Assembly (NCBI GenBank): GCA_051748045.1
Contig: JBNJGY010000005.1
Coordinates: 1 to 57,083, forward strand
Reading direction: 5' to 3'
Length of the DNA: 57,083 nucleotides
Source of the DNA: Thermotogota bacterium
GTDB taxonomy: Bacteria > Thermotogota > Thermotogae > Petrotogales > Petrotogaceae
Part shown: positions 17,801 through 27,543 of the stretch, one piece after another
Layout of the letters: each line of letters opens with the position of its first letter
How positions within the stretch are numbered: position 1 is the first letter of the stretch
The notes under the pieces: generated by a model
Seen by the model: only the letters and a program-made list of their open reading frames with translations
Database searches by the model: none
What the model was told of the DNA's origin: nothing
Position numbers and translations under genes: made by a program

Positions 17801-19006
17801 TTATAATGTAATTAAAGGTTCAGCTACCTTAAATTTACCACTTGCGTACATATCAAAACTGTTGTTGAAAGTATATATAGCTTCAATCGAATCTAACTTA
17901 TCTGTTTTTATTTTAGATAAAGTTATTCTATCATATTTAACTGAAAATAAATATTCTTTTTCTCCCTCATTATATTTATAAAGAGAAAAGTATATGTTTT
18001 CTACTTTTGGGCTAAGATTAAAAATATGTCCTGATATAAAGAAAGTTAAACCTGTTATAAAATAATTATAATCATCTCTAAATTCTTTCTTGGTTTTATT
18101 CTTCACAGAAGCTTTCCCTGTAGATAAAATATTGACTTTTTTATTGGGCATAATTTTTTCATCTGGTTTTTTTAATTCAATAACAACATCATTATTATTC
18201 ATTGCGTATGTGAAATCTAATCTAACAGGTAAATTAATATTTTCGAGTATATCTTTTATGCTAGTTTCTATATACTCAAAATCGCCTTCTAAGGCTTTTT
18301 CTAATCTATATTTTTCATTTTGATATATGTTCATTTGGTTTTTATAATGAATATATTTTTGTTTTTCTTCGTATTCATGTTTTTCTTTTTTCTTTTCCCA
18401 AAGATCTATACTATCTTTGTAATTCTCTTCTAAATTATTTTCTATATATTCTTTTCTCTTCTTTATAAAATTATAAAACCCAAACTTAAATTTTTTCTTA
18501 GATTCTTGTTTCAATTCTTCATAAATTTCTTGTTTGTTAGGTTTGTCCTCTCTAAAATCTTCTTTTGAATAAAGGAGTGGCTTTTTTAAAGATTTTAATT
18601 TTTCTGGATATTCAGGGGGGAGCATTATTCTAGGCGTTTTTTCATAAAATGATAGATATTTTTCTGTGTATTGATCATATAAATTTTTAAGGTTCTTACT
18701 TAATCTTTTTATAGCTTGTTTATAAGCATCTGTCCTCTTTACTTTTCTGATCAAAGTTTCTTTTTCAACAGGTAAAGTAAAATTTGGAACTTCTATTGTA
18801 TATTCTCCATTTTCATCGATTTTAAATATTACTTTATACATTCTTTTAAACTCATCTAATTGTATAAAAGAAGAATACTCTTTTTTATTGAGTATTTCTT
18901 CTGAATCGATATTGAAGTCTAACACGTTTTCAAACTCGCAATTTAACTCTTTAGGTTCTGTTTTTACCCTCATTTTTTTTAATTCCAAATTGTCCATAAT
19001 AACCAC
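17801..19006 (-). CDS. hypothetical protein resembling the C-terminal body of DUF4236-containing proteins
   Basis: LIRKVKRT, a coiled coil, and LSTGKASVKNKTKKE...FFISGHIFNLSP. Confidence 0.5.
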   Translation of the reverse strand: MVIMDNLELKKMRVKTEPKELNCEFENVLDFNIDSEEILNKKEYSSFIQLDEFKRMYKVIFKIDENGEYTIEVPNFTLPVEKETLIRKVKRTDAYKQAIKRLSKNLKNLYDQYTEKYLSFYEKTPRIMLPPEYPEKLKSLKKPLLYSKEDFREDKPNKQEIYEELKQESKKKFKFGFYNFIKKRKEYIENNLEENYKDSIDLWEKKKEKHEYEEKQKYIHYKNQMNIYQNEKYRLEKALEGDFEYIETSIKDILENINLPVRLDFTYAMNNNDVVIELKKPDEKIMPNKKVNILSTGKASVKNKTKKEFRDDYNYFITGLTFFISGHIFNLSPKVENIYFSLYKYNEGEKEYLFSVKYDRITLSKIKTDKLDSIEAIYTFNNSFDMYASGKFKVAEPLITL

Positions 19007-19068
19007 CCCGAGATAAAAAGTTAATTATCCGTTAAGAATAACATAATAATTATAACACAATATATTTT

Positions 19069-20628
19069 TTATATCTCGTTTGAATATTTTTTTATTTGTT
19101 GTTTTTCTCGTTTAATTAAATACACTAATAACCCCATAAACAATATAGGAACACCAATAAATATGAGGTTTAATAAAAAGGTAGACAAATTTATAAAAGA
19201 ATTCTGCATATTCATTTTGTATGTTGTTAATAGCCCAAATATAGCTATGCCAATCCCCATAATTATTCCTTCAAAAACAATTGTTTCTTTAAAAGTTAAA
19301 ACATTATTTTTATTACTTGTATCTCTTTTAGGGTTTTTTAAATATGTTTTCACTCCGTATAAGGCAGCATAATACAATAATAAGCCAACAGGTATAACCA
19401 TGAAATAGTCAATTATGTTTGTATATCCCATAACTGCTGAAATGATTGTGATAATTACATACTCAGTTAAGAAAATTATCAATGGAATTGATATTTTATT
19501 GTTTATAAATTGTTCTGTTTTTATTGGGTATGTTTTTGGTATAGGCCAAATTTTCATATCATTTACCATCATCCCTACACTTAAAATTGCTGCGTACATT
19601 GATCCTATAAAAATAAACATTATATTCATTGCAGCCATGCTTTGTACGTTAATGAACATAAATATTAGCGGAAATAATAATGGATACAATATTAAAAATA
19701 ATGATTGTGAATCTCTCTGTAAAAGCTTTAAATCTTTTTTTAGAACTGGCATTCCACCTGTTAATTTTATTTTTTGTTCTTTATTTTTTGATTTTTTTCT
19801 TGATGTTACAAAATCTAATTTGGAAGAAACAGCATAAATCACAACCACAAAAAATAAACTTATCAATATTGATATAAAACCAAAATAAAAATTATTGTTT
19901 TTCATACTATCTAGTAAAACTGTATGAGGAAAAATTTCCCCAGTTAAAAAAGTCATATTACCAAAAATACCTGATAATTGTCCTTCTTGTGCCTGGTTTA
20001 TTTGTTCAGTAGGAATGAAATTTGTCATAAATACAAAAGCAAAAATACTAACAAAATACATTAATTGAGAAAATCTTTTAGCTGCTGTTTTTCCTATAAA
20101 ATAAGAGAAAATCAAACCAGCTATTAAAGATAAAGATATCATTAAAAATATATAACCTATACTTGATATTATTAAGTTCATTATATTTACTTCAGAAGCT
20201 ACTCCATAAGCTATTATAACTGAAAGCATCATTCCTATTGGCAATCCTGATACTAGAAAACTATCTATAGCAGAACTTATAAAAATAGTTCCTTTTTTTA
20301 TTGGAGTAGTCAACAAAAATTCAATATTATCGTTATTAAACAACGTATTTATTATTGCTGGAGAATATTGTAAAAAGAAAAACAATGACATCAAAGCAAT
20401 ATACATTGAAGCCATCAAATCTGCAAAAGTAACCCCTTGCATAATTTCAATTTGAGTACTATTAAATAAGTTCAACATAAAAGGTAACATGATAAACATA
20501 AATAAAATGGCTGGGAATAAATACCCAAAAATATTTCCAAAGACTGAGTTGTTAGACATCAACCCTTTTTTCTTTGGTCTAGCTTTATTTTTAAATCCAT
20601 ATTTTAATATTAAAAGTAAATCATTCAT
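19069..20628 (-). CDS. ABC exporter permease (multi-TM)
   Basis: About 12-14 TM helices; EFLLTTPI and KKDLKLLQRD motifs; follows the ABC ATPase. Confidence 0.8.
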   Translation of the reverse strand: MNDLLLILKYGFKNKARPKKKGLMSNNSVFGNIFGYLFPAILFMFIMLPFMLNLFNSTQIEIMQGVTFADLMASMYIALMSLFFFLQYSPAIINTLFNNDNIEFLLTTPIKKGTIFISSAIDSFLVSGLPIGMMLSVIIAYGVASEVNIMNLIISSIGYIFLMISLSLIAGLIFSYFIGKTAAKRFSQLMYFVSIFAFVFMTNFIPTEQINQAQEGQLSGIFGNMTFLTGEIFPHTVLLDSMKNNNFYFGFISILISLFFVVVIYAVSSKLDFVTSRKKSKNKEQKIKLTGGMPVLKKDLKLLQRDSQSLFLILYPLLFPLIFMFINVQSMAAMNIMFIFIGSMYAAILSVGMMVNDMKIWPIPKTYPIKTEQFINNKISIPLIIFLTEYVIITIISAVMGYTNIIDYFMVIPVGLLLYYAALYGVKTYLKNPKRDTSNKNNVLTFKETIVFEGIIMGIGIAIFGLLTTYKMNMQNSFINLSTFLLNLIFIGVPILFMGLLVYLIKREKQQIKKYSNEI

Positions 20629-20641
20629 AATTTTATCCCCC

Positions 20642-21391
20642 TTATAATTCTTTAATTATATCTCCAAATTCGTCTCCACCTGTTAACTCTAAGAAAATAT
20701 CTTCAAGGGATTGATTTTCTTTATCTGTCATACTTCTAAGCTCTTCCATATTTCCTTCTGCTAAAATTGACCCATCTTTGATAATTCCAATTCTATCACA
20801 CATTTTTTCAGCAATTTCTAAAATATGAGTTGTCAAAAAAATAGTTGCTCCTTCATTTTTATATTTCACCAATAAAGATTTCAAAATTTTAGCTGCTCTA
20901 GCATCTAATCCAACTGTAGGTTCATCTAAGAATATTACTTCTGGTCTTCTCATCAATACTGTAGCAACCATTAATTTTTGTTTCATACCGTGAGAATAAT
21001 CTCCAATATAATCATTTAAATAATCAATGTTGAAAGCTTCACAAATTTCATCAAATCTGTTTTTTGTTTCTTCAGTGTTAGCTTTAAAAATCCCCATAAT
21101 GAATTCTACATATTCTGTTCCTTTTAAATTTTCGTACATTTTTGGTTCATCAGGTACAACACCAATTTTTGATTTTATTTCTAATTCATTTTGAAAAAGA
21201 TTCTTTTTTATAATCTCTACATTACCTGATGTTGGCTTAAGTATACCTGTCAACATCCTCATAGTTGTAGTTTTCCCTGCACCGTTTGGACCTAAGAAAC
21301 CATATATTTCTCCAGATTTTACGTCTAAATTTATAGAATTTACTGCTGTAAAATCTCCAAAATCTTTCTTTAAGCTTATTGCTTTGATCAT
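20642..21391 (-). CDS. ABC transporter ATP-binding protein
   Basis: GPNGAGKTT, YSHGMKQK and DEPTVGLD motifs. Confidence 0.9.
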   Translation of the reverse strand: MIKAISLKKDFGDFTAVNSINLDVKSGEIYGFLGPNGAGKTTTMRMLTGILKPTSGNVEIIKKNLFQNELEIKSKIGVVPDEPKMYENLKGTEYVEFIMGIFKANTEETKNRFDEICEAFNIDYLNDYIGDYSHGMKQKLMVATVLMRRPEVIFLDEPTVGLDARAAKILKSLLVKYKNEGATIFLTTHILEIAEKMCDRIGIIKDGSILAEGNMEELRSMTDKENQSLEDIFLELTGGDEFGDIIKEL

Positions 21392-21492
21392 ATTACAAGC
21401 ACCTCCAAAAATTTTTATTTATTATTTCTTTTAATTATAGTCAATTTATGAGAAAACTAGATATTACTTTAGTAATATCTTAGTTTTTTATT

Positions 21493-22281
21493 TTATTTTT
21501 TATCATTAAATATTAACAAATATTTACCTATTTCTTCAAAACCCAATTTTTTGTATATGTTTCCAGCTGAAGGGTTATCGTAAAATAAACAAGGAGATAT
21601 ATTTTCACTCAATAAATCTGAGCATAATTCATAAACTAATTTACTCGCATATCCTTTTCCTCTAAATTCTGGTTGAGTTGCAACTCCTGTTATCATTGCA
21701 CTTTTTGAGTTTTCAGCTGATGTTTCAGCTGTTGCAATTATCTCATCATCTTTTTTGATTATTTTTGCTCTTCCAGTATTTGTTAGAAATTTATTTTTAT
21801 GTTGATCATAATTAGTTTCTTTAAATTCATCAATTCTTTTTCTAAGATTAAAAAGCAAATCAAAATCTTTAACTTCAAAATTTTCAACTTTTTCATTTGA
21901 AAAATCTAGAGCTTTCAAATCTCTTAATACACAAAAGAACTCTTCGTCAATATCTATATTATCTAGTTTTTGAGTGAATTTTTCTACAGCGGTATCCTTT
22001 CCAGAAATAAGCTCATAATTATAATGATTTAAAATTTCAATAAAATTATCAACGTCATAATCATCAATTGCATAGAAAATAAATGCTTTGAAATACCTGC
22101 ATAAAATAGCTATTATTTCACCATTTTTCTCTTCTACCCAAACATCCAAAAAATCATCATCTAATGAAAAGCTCTCAAGATTACCAACCATAAAAAGATT
22201 GTATTCTGGTTCTTTTATAACAAACTCTCTAGCTCTTTCTTGTTCACCAGTATCAATTTTTCTTACCATCCCATCCATCAC
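21493..22281 (-). CDS. GNAT family acetyltransferase
   Basis: VATQPEFRGKGYAS and LFYDNPSAGNIYKKLGF motifs. Confidence 0.88.
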   Translation of the reverse strand: MMDGMVRKIDTGEQERAREFVIKEPEYNLFMVGNLESFSLDDDFLDVWVEEKNGEIIAILCRYFKAFIFYAIDDYDVDNFIEILNHYNYELISGKDTAVEKFTQKLDNIDIDEEFFCVLRDLKALDFSNEKVENFEVKDFDLLFNLRKRIDEFKETNYDQHKNKFLTNTGRAKIIKKDDEIIATAETSAENSKSAMITGVATQPEFRGKGYASKLVYELCSDLLSENISPCLFYDNPSAGNIYKKLGFEEIGKYLLIFNDKK

Positions 22282-22288
22282 TCCCTAT

Positions 22289-22612
22289 TTATTTTAGTGG
22301 ATATTTTATAGCATTTTTTTTCATCTTCGTTTCAATAGCTTCTTTTAAATCAATATCTAAAGAATGTGCCAATTGCATTAAATAAATGGCTACATCTGCA
22401 ATTTCCTCCTCAATATGTTCTTTTTCATTTTCATCTTCCACCATTTTTTCTACTTCTTCATTATTTTTCCATTGAAAACATTCTAAGAGTTCTGCTGCTT
22501 CAAGATTAAGAGATATTGCCAAGTCTTTTGGATAATGAAACTGATCCCAATTTCTATCTTCTACAAATTTTCTGATAATTTTCATCAAGTTATCATATTC
22601 TTTACTCATCAA
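22289..22612 (-). CDS. MazG-like nucleotide pyrophosphohydrolase
   Basis: RNWDQFH.PKDLAISL.LEAAELLE.FQW and EEIADV motifs. Confidence 0.9.
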   Translation of the reverse strand: MMSKEYDNLMKIIRKFVEDRNWDQFHYPKDLAISLNLEAAELLECFQWKNNEEVEKMVEDENEKEHIEEEIADVAIYLMQLAHSLDIDLKEAIETKMKKNAIKYPLK

Positions 22613-22706
22613 ATCACTCCTTTATAATATTAATAAATCGTTACACTTTATTCTTTTGAAAAAATATTATATAATGGTAATAAAAATTATATCTAGGGGG
22701 ATAATC

Positions 22707-24206
22707 ATGAATCTAAAAATGAGATATATTATTATAATTATATTTTATACTGTTGTAATTGGAATTACAATAACAAATTATAACTATTCAAAATCTATTA
22801 TACAAGAAAAATATAATCTTCAAAAAACACACATAGAGAATAGACTTAAAGATGAATTAAGATATGTTAATCTATCAACAAAAATACTAGAGAAACAACT
22901 TAACAAAGAAATGATGAAAAATTCTCAAATCCTTATAGACAAATATATTGAAAACCCTAAAATTTTCACATGGAATCTTGAAAAAATAAAAGATGATTTT
23001 GAGAATTATGAAATATATATAGTAAATGAAGATATGCAGATAATTAGATCCACTTTAAAAGAAGATTTAGGACTTGATTTCAGTAAATATCCATCTTTTG
23101 CACAATTGCTAAGAAAAAGATTAGAGGGAGATGAATTTTCAGCGGATAGAATGGACATATCAATAACCACAAAAGCTTTAAGAAAATATAGCTATATGCC
23201 TACACCAGATAACAAATATTTGATAGAGCTAAGTATTGATATTGCCAATAGATACCCAGATTTTGAAAAAATGGATTTATTTTCAAAAGTAAAAAACTTA
23301 AGAGAAGATTTTGACTTAATAGATAATATATCAATATTCAAATTTAATGAAGATGGAACAAGAATAGGAGTTATTAAAACTGAAGAACTAGAAGAAGGAT
23401 ATGATACAAACGTCAATATTGATAAAAAAGAAATAATAAGAAAAGCATTAAACACAAACTCTCAACAAAATAAAAAAGGTGTAGAAAAAGATAATTTCAC
23501 ATATACTTATTTACCTATTTTAAACTATTTAGAAAATGATGAATTTGATTGGTGGAATTCTTATGTAATTGAGATAGTATACACAGACAGTCCTTTAAAT
23601 CAAGAGTTATCAAGTTTAAATACAAGATTTATAACTAATATGATTTTTTTAAGTATTATTTTTATTATATTTACTATTATAATAGTCTCATTATTTAAAA
23701 AATCAGAAAACATGGCTTATTATGACCATTTAACTGGACTACCAAATAGGAAACTATTCGAAAAAGTTTTTCTAGATAAAATGAATAAAGCAGAAAGAAA
23801 CAATCATTTACTTGGAGTTATGTTTATAGATTTAGATCATTTTAAAGATATAAACGATAATTATGGGCATGAAGTAGGAGATTATTTGTTAATAGCTGTT
23901 GCAGAAAGAATTAAAAATAATTTAAAGAAAGATGATTTTGTTTCTAGATTAGGAGGAGATGAATTCACTATAATCCTTGACAATATTGAAGAAAAAAAGG
24001 ATTTACAAACTATATCAGAAAGAATAATAAAACTATTCGATAAACCTTTTAGCATTAAAAAGAATAAAATTAATGTAACCCCTAGTATAGGAATAAGTGT
24101 TTACCCAGATTCTGGTACAGATATGAAAGAATTAATAAGAAAATCTGACCAAGCTATGTATAAAGCTAAAAAAAGTGAAACACCATTTATGCTAGATATC
24201 GAATAA
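22707..24206 (+). CDS. membrane-anchored diguanylate cyclase (GGDEF)
   Basis: Two TM helices around a periplasmic domain; DHLTGLPNR, DLDHFK and RLGGDEF motifs. ATG 22707 lies behind AGGGGG. Confidence 0.9.
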   Translation: MNLKMRYIIIIIFYTVVIGITITNYNYSKSIIQEKYNLQKTHIENRLKDELRYVNLSTKILEKQLNKEMMKNSQILIDKYIENPKIFTWNLEKIKDDFENYEIYIVNEDMQIIRSTLKEDLGLDFSKYPSFAQLLRKRLEGDEFSADRMDISITTKALRKYSYMPTPDNKYLIELSIDIANRYPDFEKMDLFSKVKNLREDFDLIDNISIFKFNEDGTRIGVIKTEELEEGYDTNVNIDKKEIIRKALNTNSQQNKKGVEKDNFTYTYLPILNYLENDEFDWWNSYVIEIVYTDSPLNQELSSLNTRFITNMIFLSIIFIIFTIIIVSLFKKSENMAYYDHLTGLPNRKLFEKVFLDKMNKAERNNHLLGVMFIDLDHFKDINDNYGHEVGDYLLIAVAERIKNNLKKDDFVSRLGGDEFTIILDNIEEKKDLQTISERIIKLFDKPFSIKKNKINVTPSIGISVYPDSGTDMKELIRKSDQAMYKAKKSETPFMLDIE

Positions 24207-24257
24207 TAGTGTTACGTATTTCATGGGAAAAAATAAATAATTATGACTTTCATAACT

Positions 24258-24366
24258 AAAAAAATTCTGCTTGAGATTATATCATATAATCAAACAAGCA
24301 GAATTTTTCATAGGTTCCCTCTGAGACAGAAAATCGGTGAAGGCCTCCCTAACCTTCACCGATTTT
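24258..24366. terminator. two tandem hairpins between convergent genes
   Basis: AAAATTCTGCTTG/CAAGCAGAATTTT and AAAATCGGTGAAGG/CCTTCACCGATTTT. Confidence 0.7.
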
Positions 24367-24369
24367 GTA

Positions 24370-24591
24370 TTATATATCTAATTCATTCAATAAATCTCTT
24401 AGTTTGACAATTTCTTCTTCTGTAAAAGTCAAACCCTTACTCATTTTTTCATGTTCAGGAGCCCATTCTCTTATATCGTATTTCGCAGGTCTTTCATTGT
24501 AACTAACTAAATTAAGTTCTTTTTTCCAACCTTTTGGGCTTTCTGATAACTCTCCTATTTGTTTCTTAATTTCAAATTTGAATTCCGCCAT
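24370..24591 (-). CDS. ydbC: YdbC family (PC4-like) ssDNA-binding protein
   Basis: MAEFKFEI...GWKKELNLVSYN..PAKYDIREWAPEHEKMSKGLTFT. Confidence 0.88.
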   Translation of the reverse strand: MAEFKFEIKKQIGELSESPKGWKKELNLVSYNERPAKYDIREWAPEHEKMSKGLTFTEEEIVKLRDLLNELDI

Positions 24592-24601
24592 AACAATCCC
24601 C

Positions 24602-25852
24602 TCACTTATTTTTATATTTAGAAATAAAGCTTTCCATTATAATATTCGAACCTTCTTTTATAATTCCCTTTGCATCACCGATGACATCAGAAACATACCT
24701 AGACGGATTTCTCAATACTTTTATATCATTTTTTTCCAGCTCATCTAGTAAACTATCTTCAAAAAAGAATTTTTCTATTTTTAAAAGATCTTTCTCTAAC
24801 TTCCCTTTGTATCTTTCTATAAACATATGTAGTTCAAAAATCATATTATCCTCAGCAAGTAAATCTACTATATCTCTATAATAATATTTTAAATCTTGAT
24901 TAGTTCTATGTAAATACAAAAAATATTCCATCATCGAAAAAGAATTGATGAAAAAATCTACAGAATGTTTTTTTATTGGAATATCTCTTATATCAGAACA
25001 TATATAAATTATTCTTGGGTTTTCTCCAGTAGTTTCAAAATATGATTTGGTAGTTTTAACTATGTCAGCATCAATATCGTTTAAAATATAAAATTTAGAT
25101 TCCAAAAATTCTTTTTTTGCATGGCTAAAGAATGTTCCAAACCCCACTCCAAATTCAAGAATAACTTTATCTTTTCTATCTTCTTTTATTATTTCATCGA
25201 ACAACAGTCTTCCAGTAGTGTATATTTTGCTTGTGTATTTGGATTCTACATTCCCTACATAGTTCTTTTTAAAATCAACATAATTAAATCCTTCTTCAAA
25301 TCTTTTAATGAATGATGGGGTATATATAATCCCATCAATAATATTTGCTTCATAATCACATTTACAATTGAGTTTCCCTTCAAAAATATTGTTATTTATA
25401 ACTTTTGCATCGTTTAACAATAGAGTTCTTCCACATTTTGGACACTCCAAATATTGAAAAAAATCAAAAGGAATGCCAATTTTTTCTTTCTTCATTTTTG
25501 ATATACTGTTTAATTCTTTAATATCATTTTGAAGTAATTCGAGTGCATTTTCTATATGATTTTTTTCATCCAATAATTCTTGTTCTTTTTTCTTATAAAA
25601 ATCCATGATAAAGGAAGAATATATAGATTTTTCATCAATAGATATTCTACCATATGACATTATTTGAGCAATTTGTTTTATTGAAAAATTCAAATCTTTA
25701 TATTTATTTATGGATTCCATATCTCTCAAATCATTATCAGTAAATTCATATCTATTATTTCTCTTTCTTGGAGCTAAAAGTCCTTCATCGATATAATATC
25801 TAACTGTATCTGCATTTATATCGAATTTTTTACAAAAATCCCCCATTTTCAT
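24602..25852 (-). CDS. MerR-family HTH regulator fused to a zinc-ribbon and a SAM methyltransferase-like domain
   Basis: MKMGDFCKK..INADTVRYY...GLLAP; LECPKC...CKC; ILEFGVGFG motif I. Confidence 0.78.
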   Translation of the reverse strand: MKMGDFCKKFDINADTVRYYIDEGLLAPRKRNNRYEFTDNDLRDMESINKYKDLNFSIKQIAQIMSYGRISIDEKSIYSSFIMDFYKKKEQELLDEKNHIENALELLQNDIKELNSISKMKKEKIGIPFDFFQYLECPKCGRTLLLNDAKVINNNIFEGKLNCKCDYEANIIDGIIYTPSFIKRFEEGFNYVDFKKNYVGNVESKYTSKIYTTGRLLFDEIIKEDRKDKVILEFGVGFGTFFSHAKKEFLESKFYILNDIDADIVKTTKSYFETTGENPRIIYICSDIRDIPIKKHSVDFFINSFSMMEYFLYLHRTNQDLKYYYRDIVDLLAEDNMIFELHMFIERYKGKLEKDLLKIEKFFFEDSLLDELEKNDIKVLRNPSRYVSDVIGDAKGIIKEGSNIIMESFISKYKNK

Positions 25853-25868
25853 AAAAATCTCCCCCTAA

Positions 25869-26441
25869 CTAAAAAATAAGTGTTATCACCAAAGGAACTG
25901 ATAAAGAAATTATAATTCCCTGACCAAATGCTATCAATGTTGTTTCTTTATCTGTACTTTTTGATATTACACCTAACATGGTATCCATGGAAGTAGCTCC
26001 TCCGATAGAAGCAGCACCTAAAGGAGACCATTTTGCTACTAACGGTATCAATATAATTGCCAGAACTTCTCTGATCACATTTGCTGTGAAAGAAATTGCC
26101 CCTAAAACTGGTGAATATAAATTACTTATCATTACACCTGAAAGAGAATACCATCCAAAGCCCGCTGAAGCTCCAACAGACTCTTGCAAATTAAGCTCTG
26201 TGAAAAATATTACCATCCCACCAAAAACTAAACTTCCTAGCATGGTTAGAATTGATTGGAAAAAGATATTCTTCATATTCACTTTCAATTTTGATAATAT
26301 TTTTTCTTCACTTCCTATATCTACTCCTACACTGAAAACCAAAAACATCAGTAAAACTGTAATTAAATTTTCTGGAATGGTTATGTTGAAATAAAGTCCA
26401 GATATTATTCCCGCAATAACTGCAGATAAAAGCAATATCAT
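25869..26441 (-). CDS. LysO/DUF340 family exporter, large subunit
   Basis: GFGWYSLSG and GGATSMDT motifs. Confidence 0.85.
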   Translation of the reverse strand: MILLLSAVIAGIISGLYFNITIPENLITVLLMFLVFSVGVDIGSEEKILSKLKVNMKNIFFQSILTMLGSLVFGGMVIFFTELNLQESVGASAGFGWYSLSGVMISNLYSPVLGAISFTANVIREVLAIILIPLVAKWSPLGAASIGGATSMDTMLGVISKSTDKETTLIAFGQGIIISLSVPLVITLIF

Positions 26442-26710
26442 TCAGATTTCCCCTTTTTAAAAAACTTTTCATAAATAGAAGTAAAAAGTATGCTCCCTAT
26501 AATAGAGAAAACCGCTATATAAAAAGCTGTTAATCCAATTTCATCTATTTGAGAAATCAAAGATTCGTCATTACCTATTTCATAACCCATAAAAAAAAGT
26601 AATAATACAGTTGACCACAAAACAGGTTTTATCTTCTTTAACCATTTCATCCAACCTTTTACCCCTATAAACAAACCTATTATAAAGGCTATTAATATTC
26701 CAACCATCAT
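26438..26710 (-). CDS. LysO/DUF340 family exporter, small subunit
   Basis: Three TM helices; LLLFFMGYEIG. Start moved to ATG 26710 behind GGAGTGA. Confidence 0.78.
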   Translation of the reverse strand: MMVGILIAFIIGLFIGVKGWMKWLKKIKPVLWSTVLLLFFMGYEIGNDESLISQIDEIGLTAFYIAVFSIIGSILFTSIYEKFFKKGKSE

Positions 26711-26717
26711 ATCAGCA

Positions 26718-27347
26718 TCACTCCATAATCTTTGGATTTTCAAAATCTGTATTATCTATAATAATATCGCATTTTTCTTTTACATTATTTTCTTTAAGAT
26801 ATCTTTTCTGGATGGGTATATATTTTTTCTTATATTTTTCCAAAAATTCAATTCCATATTTTGGAACATCTCTTTTTTCTGCTCTTTTTAAAACCTCTTC
26901 AAAAGATATGTCTAAAAATATTTTTAAGTCTATATATTTCTCAATTGGTGGTCTGTATAACAAAACACCTTCCAATAAAATTATGGTATCTTTTCTAAAA
27001 AAATAATCCTTTGTTTTAGAAAACTTATCTGTGTCCAAATCAAGGTGTTTAAATCTTTTGTTTTCAATTTTTTTATTTTTAATATCATCTAAAAACATTT
27101 CTAAATTCACCAAATCAAAAGCATCGTTAATATACCCTTCTATAGCATCAGAATTTTTATATCTTATCTTTGATTCATTATGAAAATCATCTACTGATAA
27201 TGTTTCAACATGGTATCCTTTTTTTTCTAAATCCTCTTTCAGCTTCTGAGTAAAAGTTGTCTTACCAGAAGTATCTACACCATTTATTCCTACAATAATC
27301 CTTCCATCTTTTCTACTTTCCTCAATTTGATTGATAACTGGTATCAT
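26718..27347 (-). CDS. uridine kinase-like P-loop protein
   Basis: GINGVDTSGKTT, SVDDFH and LEGVLL motifs. Confidence 0.8.
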   Translation of the reverse strand: MIPVINQIEESRKDGRIIVGINGVDTSGKTTFTQKLKEDLEKKGYHVETLSVDDFHNESKIRYKNSDAIEGYINDAFDLVNLEMFLDDIKNKKIENKRFKHLDLDTDKFSKTKDYFFRKDTIILLEGVLLYRPPIEKYIDLKIFLDISFEEVLKRAEKRDVPKYGIEFLEKYKKKYIPIQKRYLKENNVKEKCDIIIDNTDFENPKIME

Positions 27348-27396
27348 AACATCCCCCCATAAAAAATCTATTCACAATCATTATACATTATCAAAT

Positions 27397-27427
27397 AAAA
27401 AAAGGACAACCCATTCACTGGGTTGCC
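27397..27427 (-). terminator. intrinsic terminator
   Basis: Minus strand GGCAACCCA-GTGAA-TGGGTTGTC-C-T7. Confidence 0.75.
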
Positions 27428-27543
27428 AAAGGGAAAACAATCTCTCCTGACAATCTGGAGGATAGTCAGTTTTTTAATTTTCCCCATTATAACTTTTGTT
27501 TATTAATTAAATATATATCAAACTTAATACTTCTAAAAGGTTC

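Noticed and set aside
21453-21488. Palindrome AGATATTACT-TT-AGTAATATCT as an operator
   Set aside because: It lies directly after the GNAT stop with flanking A/T runs, so a terminator is the simpler reading.
22289-22612. MazG-like gene as part of an anti-phage system
   Set aside because: Its neighbours are a GNAT and an ABC exporter with no defence genes, so a housecleaning role is more parsimonious.
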